NCBI RefSeq assembly: GCF_006345805.1
Contig: NC_043020.1
Span: forward strand, 22,754,001 to 22,818,000
Direction: 5' to 3'
DNA: 64,000 nt
Source of the DNA: Octopus sinensis
Taxonomy: Eukaryota
The position numbers were made by a program, and so were the translations under genes. The notes below the pieces were generated by a model, which saw only the letters and a program-made list of their open reading frames with translations, ran no database searches and had not been told where the DNA came from. Numbering within the stretch: the stretch's first letter is position 1; each line of letters opens with the position of its first letter. Shown one piece after another: positions 1 through 12,291 of this stretch.

Positions 1-5
1 ATATT

Positions 6-210
6 CTGTTTGTGTCTGGGGAGAGTCATTTTCTTCTTGTGCCTTATTATTTAACAAGCTCACCGGTAAAAGAGTCAAGACTATTGAAAAGGTTGCAAGA
101 TGCAATGAAAATTTTAGGAAAATAAAAATAAGAAATAAGTGGAAATTTTACCGGTGAGTGTGTTAAATTATAAGACACAAAAAGAAAATGACTCTGCCCA
201 GACACAACAG
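6..210. mobile_element. Palindromic MITE-like element (family M1), ~65-bp terminal inverted repeats
   Basis: 6-71 (ctgtttgtgtctggggagagtcatttt...ctcaccggtaaaa) is the near reverse complement of 146-210; sits in TA-rich DNA; a one-armed copy lies at 46045-46135. Confidence 0.8.
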
Positions 211-252
<42 letters not shown>

Positions 253-266
253 TATATGTATACATA

Positions 267-585
267 TATAAATACAGTGTACATTTAAACACATAAGAGG
301 TATCTATCATAGGATTCCTGGCATGCTAGAAAGAATAGCCAAACCACTATTAGGGATAAAACTTCAAAGGGAATGAAAAATAAAAAAAACATTTACCATC
401 TATCTCCGGGACCATAGTTTCTGACTTTTTTAGCAAATAAAATAATTTGCTAGGCTTAGTCTTCTTCAACAGGTATGCCTGTGTTATACCTAATAGTGGT
501 TTGGACTTTGGCTGTTCCTTCTAGCATGCTAAGAATCCTATGACGGATACCTCTTATGTGTTTACATGTACACTGTATTTATATA
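267..585. mobile_element. Palindromic MITE-like element (family M2), ~85-bp TIRs
   Basis: 267-354 (tataaatacagtgtacatttaaacacataagaggtatc...aaccactattagg) pairs with 489-585; (TA)n flanks. Confidence 0.8.
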
Positions 586-677
586 ATATATAGTCTATTG
601 ACTAATTTTTCTATACGCTAAGCTACTGGTAGTAAAAATTTCTAAAATCTTTATTACCCTGATATTATATATATATA

Positions 678-807
678 TAGTCTAATAATGGGGCATATAA
701 GCCCATGTCAGAAAAAAGTAGGCTTTCCAGCATGCATGGTACTTGAACCCACACATGGGAAAGCTTACTTTTTATGTCAAGGTCCTATATGCTCCATTAT
801 TAGACTA
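678..807. mobile_element. Short hairpin MITE-like element (family M3)
   Basis: tagtctaataatggggcatata... pairs with ...tatatgctccattattagacta over ~55 bp. Confidence 0.75.
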
Positions 808-1088
808 TTTTCCTTAGTCATTTGCACAGTGATTGCTATAAGCTTTAGGCTTATAAAAAAATACCGTTATTATTATTTGCCAAATTTTAAAACTTGACAC
901 CACTTAACAAAACCATTCGCACTGAAAAAATATATATTATATATATATATATATTATATATATATTATATATATATATTATATATATTATTATATATATA
1001 TATTATATATATAATATATATATATATATATATTATATAATATATATGGTGTTGTGTGTGGTGTGTGTGTGTGTGGTGTGTGTGTGTG

Positions 1089-1389
1089 TAAAAAGCACCA
1101 TCCGAGTGTGGCCGATGCCAGCGCCGCCACTTCCGTGCCGGTGGCACATTAAAAGCACCAACCGATCGTGGCCGCTGCCAGACTCCCCTGGCACCTGTGC
1201 CGGTGGCACGTAAAAAGCACCCACTACACTCTCGGAGTGGTTGGCGTTAGGAAGGGCATCCAGCTGTAGAAACATTGCCAGATCAGACTGGAGCCTGGTG
1301 CAGCCTCCTGGCTTCCCAGACCCCGGTCGAACCGTCCAACCCATGCTAGCGCGGAAAACAGACGTTAAACAATGATGATGATGATGATG
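1089..1389 (+). mobile_element. RTE-LINE 3'UTR fragment with (GAT)n tail
   Basis: tggcac-taaaaagcacc units, then ttaggaagggcatccagctgtagaaa...ccaacccatgctagc...gacgttaaac(gat)n; the same sequence directly follows the RTE ORF end at 43038-43689. Confidence 0.8.
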
Positions 1390-1480
1390 TATTTATGTAT
1401 GTATGTATATTGAGTTTAGTTCTCACATCAGGTTATTAGTATCATTATGTCTAAGCAAAATACTAACATAATATATGTAT

Positions 1481-1515
<35 letters not shown>

Positions 1516-1611
1516 AACATTAAGTTAGTTAAAATATGTCTGTGATATATTTCAGCTTCTTAAGACAAATTCACTGTTGCTACCATGAAAAAAAAAAAAA
1601 CTCTATTATTA

Positions 1612-1890
1612 TAGAGGAGATTGAACCTAGAAAGTTCCCCTCCAAGGTATAAGTCTGGGAAAGGTTTTTTATGGAAGATCAGCAGTCATCCATGCATACC
1701 AGCCTCCCCTCTATATGCCACCGATGTTATCCAAGGAATGGCAAAGACTGATACAGCTTGGCACCTGTGACATCGCAACTCATTTCTACAGCTGAGTTAA
1801 CTGGAGGAATGCCAAAAAAGTGTCTTGCTCAAGAACACACATCGTGGTCCAGGAATCGAACTCTCTACCTCATGATTGTGAGCCCGACGC
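1612..1890 (-). mobile_element. tRNA-derived SINE, family B (CORE-like middle)
   Basis: B-box-like ggaatcgaactc and gtgtcttgctcaagaacac block on the plus strand; homologous to 4148-4410, 13760-14070 and 35783-36100. Confidence 0.75.
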
Positions 1891-2126
1891 TCTAAAACGG
1901 TGTGAAAACACATTATCTGCTCAATGTTGCCCTTGTCAGATTCTCAAACACAGTGTTCCTAGCTCTTTGGGCCATTATCAATGGGGAAATACCAATGAGA
2001 TATCTCTGGACTGATTTTAAAGTCGTAGCTTTAAATTTAAAACACAGTCAACAATATTGACTGACTTATGTTATCCGATTGCCAGGTTGGAAGAAATTCA
2101 GCAGTATTAGTGTCATGCAGTGCTTA

Positions 2127-2161
<35 letters not shown>

Positions 2162-2359
2162 GAAAGAATGGAGTCGAATGAAGATGTTAACAAAATTCCT
2201 TTACTCTCAACATATGTTTCGAAGACAACATGTTTTCATTCCAAAGGAATAAATGGTGCATTATGTTTCTGACGTGAATTTGCCACCCAGGTTTCGGTTA
2301 ATGAATTTTCCATGCTGACGATAAACATAGGATAATTCATTCACCTACTTTATATATAT

Positions 2360-2391
<32 letters not shown>

Positions 2392-2439
2392 ATATATTAT
2401 ATATACATACACATATATATGATATTGTATGTGTGTGTA

Positions 2440-2643
2440 TATGTTTGTGTGTCTGTGTTTGTCCCCCCAACCCCCCAACATTGCTTGACAACCGATGCTG
2501 GTGTGTTTACGCCCCTGTAACTTAACGGTCAGCAAAAGAGACTAGGCTTACAAAGAATATGTCCTGGGGTCGATTTGCTTGACAAAAAGCCAGTGCTCCA
2601 GCATGGCCACAGTCACATGACTGAAACAAGTAAAAGAGTAAAA

Positions 2644-2644
<1 letters not shown>
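2440..2644 (+). mobile_element. tRNA-derived SINE family A, 3' half
   Basis: ttgacaaccgatgctggtgtgtttac...gtgctccagcatggccacagtc...gaaacaagtaaaagag; shared with full copies such as 20750-21171. Confidence 0.8.
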
Positions 2645-2674
<30 letters not shown>

Positions 2675-2711
2675 ATATATATATCATCATTATCATCATT
2701 ATATGTACATA

Positions 2712-2883
2712 TACGAGGGGTACTGAAAAGTTCTTGGTTTGGGGTCAAAGAAAATACAGGAAGATCAGTTAATTATGATTTTAATCAAGATATTCCCCCT
2801 CTCAGATTCACACACTTATTGCAGAGGTCCTTCAGTTTTTCTTAGCCCTGTAAAAGAACTCTGAAGGTTAGGCCTTTCAGAGA
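2712..2883 (+). mobile_element. Tc1/mariner-type element, 5' end only
   Basis: Begins TA-CGAGGGGTACTGAAAAGTT (mariner-like TIR after TA); no ORF. Confidence 0.55.
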
Positions 2884-2893
2884 CCTTGTGTGT

Positions 2894-2936
<43 letters not shown>

Positions 2937-2937
2937 T

Positions 2938-2990
<53 letters not shown>

Positions 2991-3586
2991 CACATGTAAA
3001 AAGAAGGGTCTGATGTGTGTAATGTTACAACCATACTCTATACACACACACACACACACACAAACACAAGGACCCATACAAACATACATCCATGCTTATA
3101 TAGACAGAGATCTCTATTATTCTGTATAGGTTTCTGCAGGCTAATTAGGGGGGAAAAAGAAGGGGACATCCCCTCACAACCCACCCCCCTTACCTCAACA
3201 CCAACCCACCACCTGCCCACCCGCCATAGAGGAATAAGAGAATCAGTCTTACATAGCTGAGTTCAATGGGAAATGAATCAGTCTTGTGTACCACACATTA
3301 AGGTCACCATGATAACCCATTTCTTACACATGTTCCAACCCCCCCCGCCACCTAGGTCTCCGCTCCCTCTTTCTGTGACTCTCTCTGCCTGTGACACTTA
3401 TCTCTCTCTCCCTCATTCGCACGTGCACACGTGCACACACACACACACACTGATTATACTTGATCCAGTGTTTGTGACATGACTACCTATCTTCCTCACA
3501 TAACCACCATCCTTGGGTGGACCCTCTCTCTCTATCTCCTCTCAATCTCTCTCTTTTTTTTCTCTCACTTTCTTTCTGTGTATATA

Positions 3587-3624
<38 letters not shown>

Positions 3625-3626
<2 letters not shown>

Positions 3627-4003
3627 ATCATCATCATCATCATCATTGTCGTCATATTTACCGTCCGCTTAACATGCTAGCATGCGTTGGACGATTGACT
3701 GAGGGCTGGCAAACAAGATGGATACACTAGGCTCCAATCTTGATCTGAGAAAGTTTCTCTACAGCTGGAACCCCTCCTAATGCTAACCACTCTGAGAGTG
3801 TACTGGGTGCTTTTACTTGCCACCAGCACAAGGGCCAATCAGGTGTACTGGCAATGGTCATGCTCAAATGGTGTTTTTTACATGCCACCTACACAGGAGC
3901 CAGTCCAGTGGCACTGGCAACGACCTCGCTCGAATGTTTTTTCATATGCCACCGTCACTAGTGCCACTAGGCATACGCTGGTCACGATCACGCTCGAATG
4001 GTG
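3625..4003 (-). mobile_element. RTE-LINE 3'UTR fragment
   Basis: (cat)n tail then a reverse-complement match to the 1089-1389 family. Confidence 0.75.
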
Positions 4004-4006
4004 CTT

Positions 4007-4085
<79 letters not shown>

Positions 4086-4147
4086 AAATATATATATAAA
4101 TAATATATATATATATATCTATATATGATATATATATATATATATTG

Positions 4148-4410
4148 AAAGCACATGGCTGTGTGTTTAAACACTGGGCTCTCAACCACCATGTGTAATA
4201 AGTTCAATTCTTGAACCAGGCTGTGTGTTGTTCTTGAGCAAGACACTTTATTTCACATTCCCCCAGTTCATTCAGTTATAGAAATGAGTTGCAACATCAC
4301 TGGTGCCAAGCTGTATCGGCCCCTTTGCTTTTCCCTTAAATAACATCAGTGGCATGGAGAAGGGAAACTTGTATGTATGGGCAACTACTGGTCTTCCATA
4401 AACAACCTCT
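4148..4410 (+). mobile_element. tRNA-derived SINE family B
   Basis: Decayed tRNA-like head followed by gttcttgagcaagacactttatttcac core. Confidence 0.7.
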
Positions 4411-4503
4411 CCCAGACTTTTGTCTCAGAGGGGAACTTTCTATGTGCAGTCCCATGGTCATTCACGACCAAATGGGGTCTTTACCCTTTACCCTTTTATA
4501 CCC

Positions 4504-4886
4504 ATGGCTGTGTGGTAAATAGCTTGCTTACCAGCCACATGATTCCAGGTTCAGTCCCACTGCGTGGCACCTTGGGCAAGTGTCTTCTTAATATAGCCTT
4601 GGGCCAATCAAAGCCTTATGAGTGGATTTAGTAGATGGAAACTGAAAGAAGCCTATCATATGTATATCTAAATATGTGTGTGTGTATATGTTTGTGTCTG
4701 TGTTTGTTCATCCCACATTCACTTGACAACCAATGTTGGTGTGTTTACATCCCCGTAACTTAGCAGTTTGGCAAAAGAGATCAATATGATGAGCACTAAG
4801 GCTTACAAAGAATAAATCCTGGGGTCGATTTGGTCAACTAAAGGCAGTGCTCCAGCGTGGCTGCTGTCAAATGGCTGAAACAAGAA
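4504..4886 (+). mobile_element. tRNA-derived SINE family A, near full length
   Basis: A-box-like tggctgtgtggtaa, B-box-like ggttcagtccc, internal (TG/TA)n, family tail. Confidence 0.85.
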
Positions 4887-5345
4887 ATGGGGATTTTAAA
4901 TGCTGGCAGGTACCTTATGAGAACTCTGAAAGAATTCAGACTTGGCTAACCACATCAAAACGGCAGGAAACATTTAGAATCATTTAAAATAAACAATTAA
5001 ACTGTGCTTGCTTTGATTGGAAAATCCTAAGTTCAAAACTTATATCAAAGGATCCTAAGAAACTTATTCAGCAGAAACACATTTTGGAATTTAATATGAA
5101 GAAAATAGTTTTTACCAAATAAATTTTAAACATGTGTGTTGGTGGGGGAGGGCATATTGGCCAAAATGCTTTTCTATTCTATCATGAGCAAATGTTGAGT
5201 TAAATAATGTGAAAGAAATTATGTAACAGGCTATGGGTTGTATATAACGTGTACATGCATATATAACATTTGTATATATATATAAGGCGGTGCTCCAGTA
5301 TGGCCGCAGTCAAATGACTGAAAGAATAAAAGAAAGAATATATTA

Positions 5346-5437
<92 letters not shown>

Positions 5438-6493
5438 TATCTTTGATAAAATCACCATTTATAGGATGATGCCTCTGTTTCACCATATTCTTCAGAACTT
5501 AGAAATGCAGCAGTGATTAAATAGGAATGTATTCTATCAAAATGGTTACCAAATCAAAGTAAAAAAAAACAGAACCAAGCTAATGGACTAACTCACCATA
5601 AGAAGAAAAAAAACTACGTAGAAAAAGTGTTAATGGCTTTACAATAATTGTTAATAATGGAGAAGGTGTAAAACTAGTTAAGAAATCAATTAAAGACATG
5701 AAATGGCTAATGAATCAAATAACTAAATCAACAATGTGTAATCACATTAGCAGATGAATGCTCACATAAGGAGATATAGGTTGTTGTTAGCAGTGTGGGA
5801 AATTAGTGACCGAAAGTATTTGTACAATTTGAATGCTCTATAAATAAGGTTTACAACATCTTTTTTTTTCTGGATGACAGTTGAACAAACAGGATTTTAG
5901 ATTTAAAGAATGATATGGATGCCTTCCATAGTTCAAAAATTACCAGGATTAATGTTTCCTTCGTAAATTTTAAACTGTAGAAGGTCTCCTCCATTTAAGG
6001 TGATTATGGTGTTAAATTATCCTTTGACAACTAAGTGTATGGAGCTAAAGAAGTTTGTTTTTGTCATGGTTGCTAAAGGAATGTGTATGTGGATAAAACC
6101 TTGATTTAAATAGGTTTCAGATCATGCTAACATAAGCTTGATATTATAATGTATTACTGAATAAACCTATGAATGTAAGCTTTCAATGGATTACTAAGTT
6201 AATTAATCTTATTTAAATTCATTGTTATTGTTTGTATATAACCTCACTGTAAAGAGAAAGATTGCAGGTACAAAAATATCAGCCATCTGCGACTGTTCAT
6301 TATTTTAATTGTTCCTAGTTAATTTACATGTGCAGTTCAGATTTATACTGTACCATATAATATCATAAAACAAATGCTGCTAACAAGTCATACCTATTGC
6401 AAGAACAATAAACTTTGTACTATTTCTGCATTTACTGTTTGTAGTAATGATAGCATTTTTTTTTTGTTTATGATAAATAAATAAATATTTTTT

Positions 6494-6870
6494 CAGTTCT
6501 ATATTTAAGAGATGAGCAATTATGTACATTATTTATATTTGGCAAATATTTGTCCTCACTTTGTTTGTTGTTAACACAACATTTCGGCTGATATACTCTC
6601 CAGGCTTCATCAGGTGTCTTGAGGAAATTTCAAACTTGGGTTCTCATTCCTAAGGTATTTTTCAATGTTATTATTCTTATTCTTCAGGTCACTGCCTGGA
6701 ATCAAACTTGGAATCTTGGGGTTAGTAGCCCGCGCACTTAACCACTATGTCATATGCCCAGGTTCGAAATTTCCTCAAGACACCTGATGAAGGCTTGAGG
6801 GTATATCAGCCGAAACGTTGTGTTAACAACAAACAAGACGAGGACTAATATCCGTCAAATGTAAATAACG
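6494..6870 (-). mobile_element. SINE family E (tRNA head + HHR tail): full copy 6759->6494 plus inverted partial arm 6758-6870, one insertion
   Basis: Minus-strand head gggcatatgacatagtggttaagtgcgcggg...agtttgattcc; tail repeated inverted on +; 12-bp TSD taaatatttttt at 6482-6493 and 6871-6882. Confidence 0.85.
6779..6824 (+). ncRNA. Minimal type I hammerhead ribozyme motif
   Basis: GACAC-CTGATGA-A-GGCT(T)...(C)AGCC-GAAAC-GTT-GTGTT: stem I GACAC/GTGTT, intact core, palindromic AACGTT stem III. Confidence 0.8.
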
Positions 6871-6924
6871 TAAATATTTTTTGAATCAACAATCTCAAAC
6901 AGATTTTAATGTTCTTTATCACAC

Positions 6925-7265
6925 ACACACTTGACAACTGGCGCTGGTGTGTTTACATCTCTGTAACTTAGCAATTTGGCAAAAGACACCGATATAATAA
7001 GTACTAGTCGTACAGAGAATAAATCCTGGGATCACTTTGTTTGACTAAAAAGGCGGTGCTCCAGCATGGCCTCAGTCAAATAATCGAAACAATTAAAATA
7101 ATAAAAGAAAGAATAAATATATTGGGATTCTTACAGTTTCCATCTATAAAAACTTCTCACAGAGCTATAGCAGAGTACATTTGCTCAAGGTGCTGCACAG
7201 TGGGACTGAACCCGAAACCTAGTGTTTGCAAAGGGAGATTCTTAACTTCACAGCCATGCCTGCAC
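6925..7265. mobile_element. Two SINE family A pieces (3' half on +, head on -)
   Basis: 6925-7120 matches the family tail; 7130-7265 is the reverse complement of the family head. Confidence 0.7.
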
Positions 7266-8134
7266 ATGGCCATGCCTAGGATGAGGAATTCATTATTATT
7301 ACAAACGATAATTTGGTAATCTAATATCTTTGACAATCACTTCAGATTCCTATTTTTATCTGAAGAATTTCAATCTTGAAATTTATATCTCAAAGAATTT
7401 TATATCTCGAAGAATTCATATATTCAAAGAATTTTATATCTGGAAAAAATTTTGCATCTGAATTTATTTATTTATTTATTTATTTTTTTTTTTTTATTCT
7501 GAAGAATTTTCGAGCAAAAGACTTTTAGGTGTGTGAAGAAATCCAGATTTTTTTTTCTCTGCTGTGTTTACATAACGGTAGCAGGGGTGGGAGGTGTGGA
7601 ACAGGATGAAGAAGTTAAGGATGAGTGGGAGGAGAGAGAGAGAGAGTGTGTGTGTGTGTGTGTGTGCATGTGCGTGTGCGTGTGTATGTGTGTGCATGTG
7701 TGTGTGTGTGTGTGTGTGTGTGTGGTATTCCTATAGAATCAGGGAGAGAAAAATACAAGCAGAATGCGTGAGAGGAAGGGCTGTTGTTGTTTAGCCCTGG
7801 GTCAGGACTCTGATTAAGTTGATTTATATACTGAAAGACATTCCAAGTTGTCACCAGACCTGGCAAGCCTTTTTTTTTTTTGGAAGGAGTGTTGTCTATT
7901 ATCCGGAAACTGTTCTTGTGTTCTTCCCAAATTCTGGGATGGTAGGGGATTGATTTGAGGGTAAATCCTGCTGCTAAGCTGTTCCCCTTGACAAATAAAT
8001 CAGTCACTTGTATTAAGACTTCATCAGGGTGTGTCTCTCTTTGTGTATGTGTATGTGTGTGTGTGTGTGGCAGAAAGAGAGAGAGGTGGGGAGAGAAAGA
8101 CAGAGAAAAGGAGGGGTGAGAAACAGGAAAACAT

Positions 8135-8374
8135 TTAACCCTTTTTATCCCCACCCTTATTAGAACACCATTGCTCTTGTGATGTAATGATGCAAACATC
8201 CTGTTTCAAAGTAATCTAAAATTAAAACTTTCCATCAAAATTCATGGTTAATTAATGATCCAAACACCAGCTTAATTATAATGAAGCTATTTTGCTAAAT
8301 TCTTCATAATTTTCAAAATTTATTGGAATAATGGCAGTGTATTTCCAAAAAGATATAGCTACAAAGAAATTTAG
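8135..8374 (+). mobile_element. piggyBac-type MITE (TTAA-CCC end), decayed
   Basis: Starts ttaaccct; a second copy starts at ~8371, is split by the 8414-9616 insertion and resumes at 9617; a partial copy lies at ~54420-54540. Confidence 0.55.
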
Positions 8375-8413
8375 CGTTTTTGATACCAAACTGCCTGAAA
8401 CTGGCCCTGGTTT

Positions 8414-9616
8414 GGATCTTTTCGCTTTGACCATCAGATTTTCAAAATAATTTCTTTGTAACTAAAAAATTTCAAACTTTGTATACTGGTAGAATGTGTT
8501 TATAAAACATCTTTTTCTCTTGGCTTTCTTGAGAAAATTCTGTGGATCTTTTCGCTTTGACCATCAGATTTAAAAAATAATTTCTAGGTAACTAAACACT
8601 TTTAAACTTTGTATACTGGTAGAATGTGTTTATAAAACATCTTTTTTCTTGGCTTTCTTGAGAAAATTCTGTGGATCTTTTCGCTTTGACCATCAGATTT
8701 AAAAAATAATTCTAGGTAACTAAACACTTTTAAACTTTGTATACTGGTAGAATGTGTTTATAAAACATCTTTTTCTCTTGGCTTTCTTGAGAAAATTCTG
8801 TGGATCTTTTCGCTTTGACCATCAGATTTAAAAAATAATTTTTAGGTAACTAAACACTTTTAAACTTTGTATACTGGTAGAATGTGTTTATAAAACATCT
8901 TTTTCTCTTGGCTTTCTTGAGAAAATTCTGTGGATCTTTTCGCTTTGACCATCAGATTTAAAGAATAATTTCTAGGTAACTAAACACTTTTAAACTTTGT
9001 ATACTGGTAGAATGTGTTTATAAAACATCTTTTTCTCTTGGCTTTCTTGAGAAAATTCTGTGGATCTTTTCGCTTTGACCATCAGATTTAAAAAATAATT
9101 TCTAGGTAACTAAACACTTTTAAACTTTGTATACTGGTAGAATGTGTTTATAAAACATCTTTTTCTCTTGGCTTTCTTGAGAAAATTCTGTGGATCTTTT
9201 CGCTTTGACCATCAGATTTAAAAAATAATTTCTAGGTAACTAAACACTTTTAAACTTTGTATACTGGTAGAATGTGTTTATAAAACATCTTTTTCTCTTG
9301 GCTTTCTTGAGAAAATTCTGTGGATCTTTTCGCTTTGACCATCAGATTTAAAAAATAATTTCTAGGTAACTAAACACTTTTAAACTTTGTATACTGGTAG
9401 AATGTGTTTATAAAACATCTTTTTCTCTTGGCTTTCTTGAGAAAATTCTGTAGTTTGTAAGATATTTGTTGTTTAATTTCTTGCATTTTGGCTTTCTCAA
9501 CAAAGCCAAGAGAAAAAGATGTTTTATAAACACATTCTACCAGTATACAAAGTTTAAAAGTGTTTAGTTACAAAGAAATTATTTTAAAAAACTACCAGTC
9601 AAAGCAAAAAAGATCC
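8414..9616. repeat. TIR element whose left 130 bp is amplified to 8 tandem units
   Basis: ggatcttttcgctttgacc units start at 8414, 8544, 8673, 8802, 8932, 9062, 9192 and 9322; an inverted unit spans ~9502-9616 ending gatcc; 8-bp TSD-like cctggtt(t/c) at 8406-8413 and 9617-9624. Confidence 0.85.
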
Positions 9617-9829
9617 CCTGGTTCTATGTTAGAAGCTTCCTGTTTTAAAGGGATTTAAATTGAAACCTTCCATCGAAATTTCATGTTGTTTCAAACCCTG
9701 GCTTCATAACAACATAATTGTTTTATCAAATTTTTATGTTATCTTCTATAACCACCACCAGAAAAATAAAAATGAATTTGAACAGAATTATGGTAACAGT
9801 GGGATTGGAAATTAATAGAAAAAGGAAGA

Positions 9830-9858
9830 AACTGAGAGAGATAGAGAGAGAGAGAGAG

Positions 9859-9890
<32 letters not shown>

Positions 9891-10290
9891 CACAGAGAAG
9901 CAAATAAAGGGGAGCAGCATGGGCAGAAATAGACAGAGAGATACAGAGAGTAAGTGAAAGAGTAAGAGAGAGAGACACACACACATATGCACAGAAAGAG
10001 AGAGACAAAGAGAAGAAAAGAGAGAGAGATAATAAGAGAGAGAGGTAAAGAGAAGAAAAGAGAGAGAGAGACAGAGATAAAAAAGAGAGAGACAAAGAGA
10101 AGAAAAGAGAGAGAGAGACAAAGAGAAGAAAAGTGAAAGAGACAGATAAAAAGAGAGAGAGGGACATAGAAAGAAAGAAAGAAAGAAAGAGACTGAGAAA
10201 GTGAAGAGGGAAACAGACAGATAGATAAACTCATAGACAAACAGAAAGAAATTAAGAAAGAGAGAGAGAGCAAAGAGCAGGGATGATTCT
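9830..10290. repeat. GA/GACA-rich compound microsatellite
   Basis: (GA)n, (GACA)n, (GAAA)n and aaagagaagaaaagagagag subunits. Confidence 0.9.
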
Positions 10291-10469
10291 AATACAAACT
10301 ATAAAACCCTTTCAGTTTTTCCCCTCATATTGTCATATCTGGAACAGATTAAAACAGGGATAAGTGTTCTGGTGTTTCAGTTTATAACCATGGTTAGTTC
10401 AGGAGAGAATAATTGGGAGTAGCAGAGAGCCTTTATATCCCCCAACCCACCCCACAAACACTGCTGCTG

Positions 10470-10506
<37 letters not shown>

Positions 10507-10750
10507 ATGTTCTTGTGTGGGGATTCTCTACCAGGGTCCCTATAGCCCTGGGTGGCCCGTATAGAATTTGATTGTTAAAATTTATGTACAGTTAATTGGT
10601 TTTGCTTCTGCAATAGGTGCTTGTATGCCTGCATGGCACTGGGTTCAGTCTCATTGCGTGGCACCTTTGGGCGAGTGCCTTCTACCGTAGTCTCAGGCTG
10701 AGCAAAACCTTGTTAGTGGATTTGGTCAACAGAAACTGAAAGAAGCCCGT

Positions 10751-10785
<35 letters not shown>

Positions 10786-10794
10786 GTCCGGTAT

Positions 10795-10990
10795 TTGCCA
10801 TGATTGATCGTTAGCCACTAAACCTTTTTTTAATTTTCTCTCTGTTTATTTTCTCTTATTCCTTTCTGTTGGAGAGCATAGGCTCGAAATGTAAAAGACT
10901 TTCCCACTTCCCAAGCGTTAAACTAATACCTCTGTTTGTCATTTACACACCTGTCTTCATCTTTTGTTTTGTTAATTTGTAAATTCCAAC
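10795..10990 (+). mobile_element. PLE-type tail fragment with decayed HHR (family P2)
   Basis: CTTT-CTGTTGG-A-GAGC-ATAG-GCTC-GAAAT-GTA-AAAG at 10862-10897; downstream ttcccaagcgttaaac... shared with 14215-14365. Confidence 0.6.
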
Positions 10991-11010
10991 TATATATATA
11001 TATTTATATA

Positions 11011-11420
11011 GGCACAGGAGTGGCTGTGTGGTAAGTAGCTTGCTTACCAACCACATGGTTCTGGGTTCAGTTCCACTCATGGCACCTTGGGAAAGTGTCT
11101 TCTACTATAGCCTCAGGCTGACCAAAGCCTTGTGAGTGGATTTGGTAGACAGAAACTGAAAGAAGCCCGTCGTATATATGTGTATGTATATGTGTGTGTG
11201 TGTGTGCATGTTTGTGTGTCTGTGTTTGTCCCCCCACAACATTGCTTGACAACCGATGTTGGTATGTTTACATCCCTGTAACTTAGCAGTTCGGCAAAAG
11301 AGACTGATTGAATAAGTACTAGGCTTACAAAGAATAAGTCCTGGGTTTGATTTGCTCGACTAAAGGCAGTGCTCCAGCATGGCCACAGTCAAATGACTGA
11401 AACAAGTAAAAGAGTAAAAG
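11011..11420 (+). mobile_element. tRNA-derived SINE family A, full length
   Basis: ggcacaggagtggctgtgtggtaag head through aacaagtaaaagagtaaaag tail. Confidence 0.9.
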
Positions 11421-12051
11421 CGTGTATTTATTTACGTATATATATATATATATAACTAGATGGGCATATAACTAGATGACAGCCAAAACTCAGGATCTTT
11501 GGCAAGACACAAGTTTATTTATGGATGTACTTGATGAAACCCAGACTGCAAAATGGATGCAACACAACATGTTGAACAGATAAGGGGCACACATAAGGGG
11601 GCAATAGCAGGATGGGTTGAAACAAATGTTGTACAAATTCATCTTCTCATTATTTAATTAATATGTGTGTGCGTCTTTTTGTCTGTATTTGTCCCCACAT
11701 TACTGCTTGGCAACCGTTGTTGGTGTGTTTGCATCCCTGTAATTAGCAGTTCAGCAAAAGAGTCTGATAAAGTAAGTACTGGGGTCGATTTATTCAACTA
11801 AAATCCCTTTCAAAGCAGTGCTCCAGGATGGCTGCAGCCAAGGGGCTGAAACAAGTAGAAGAGTAATACCCAAAATATTTTTGCAATTTTTTAATGAAAT
11901 CCCTAATAATATTTAATTATAAAAATATAATAGGATTTTTTTAAATCATTGAATGGGTGGGGTCTGTGGGTTAAAATAGGAACCAAAAGGGTCCACTGAA
12001 AAATGGTTAGTTTGGGAGAAAGGTAGCAGGGCATAGCAGAGCCTTATAACC

Positions 12052-12118
<67 letters not shown>

Positions 12119-12244
12119 TGCTGCTACTACTATGTGTTGTGAAAACCCATTTTCCATTGTTTATAACTGTTGTTAATTGGGAGAAGTAGGGAGTCATAGA
12201 ACCTTTATTTACCCTAACTGCTGCTGCTGCTGCTACTACTACTA

Positions 12245-12291
<47 letters not shown>

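Noticed and set aside
1900-2060. Peptide LLNVALVRFSNTVFLALW resembling a G6PD segment
   Set aside because: Similarity is confined to ~17 residues, the flanks do not match this highly conserved enzyme, and splice sites are weak.
2200-2260. Possible minus-strand HHR relic (GAAACATATGTT)
   Set aside because: A palindromic stem III is present, but the core and stem I cannot be reconstructed with confidence.
8414-9451. CRISPR-like array
   Set aside because: The units are contiguous 130-bp repeats without unique spacers, in eukaryotic DNA with no cas genes.
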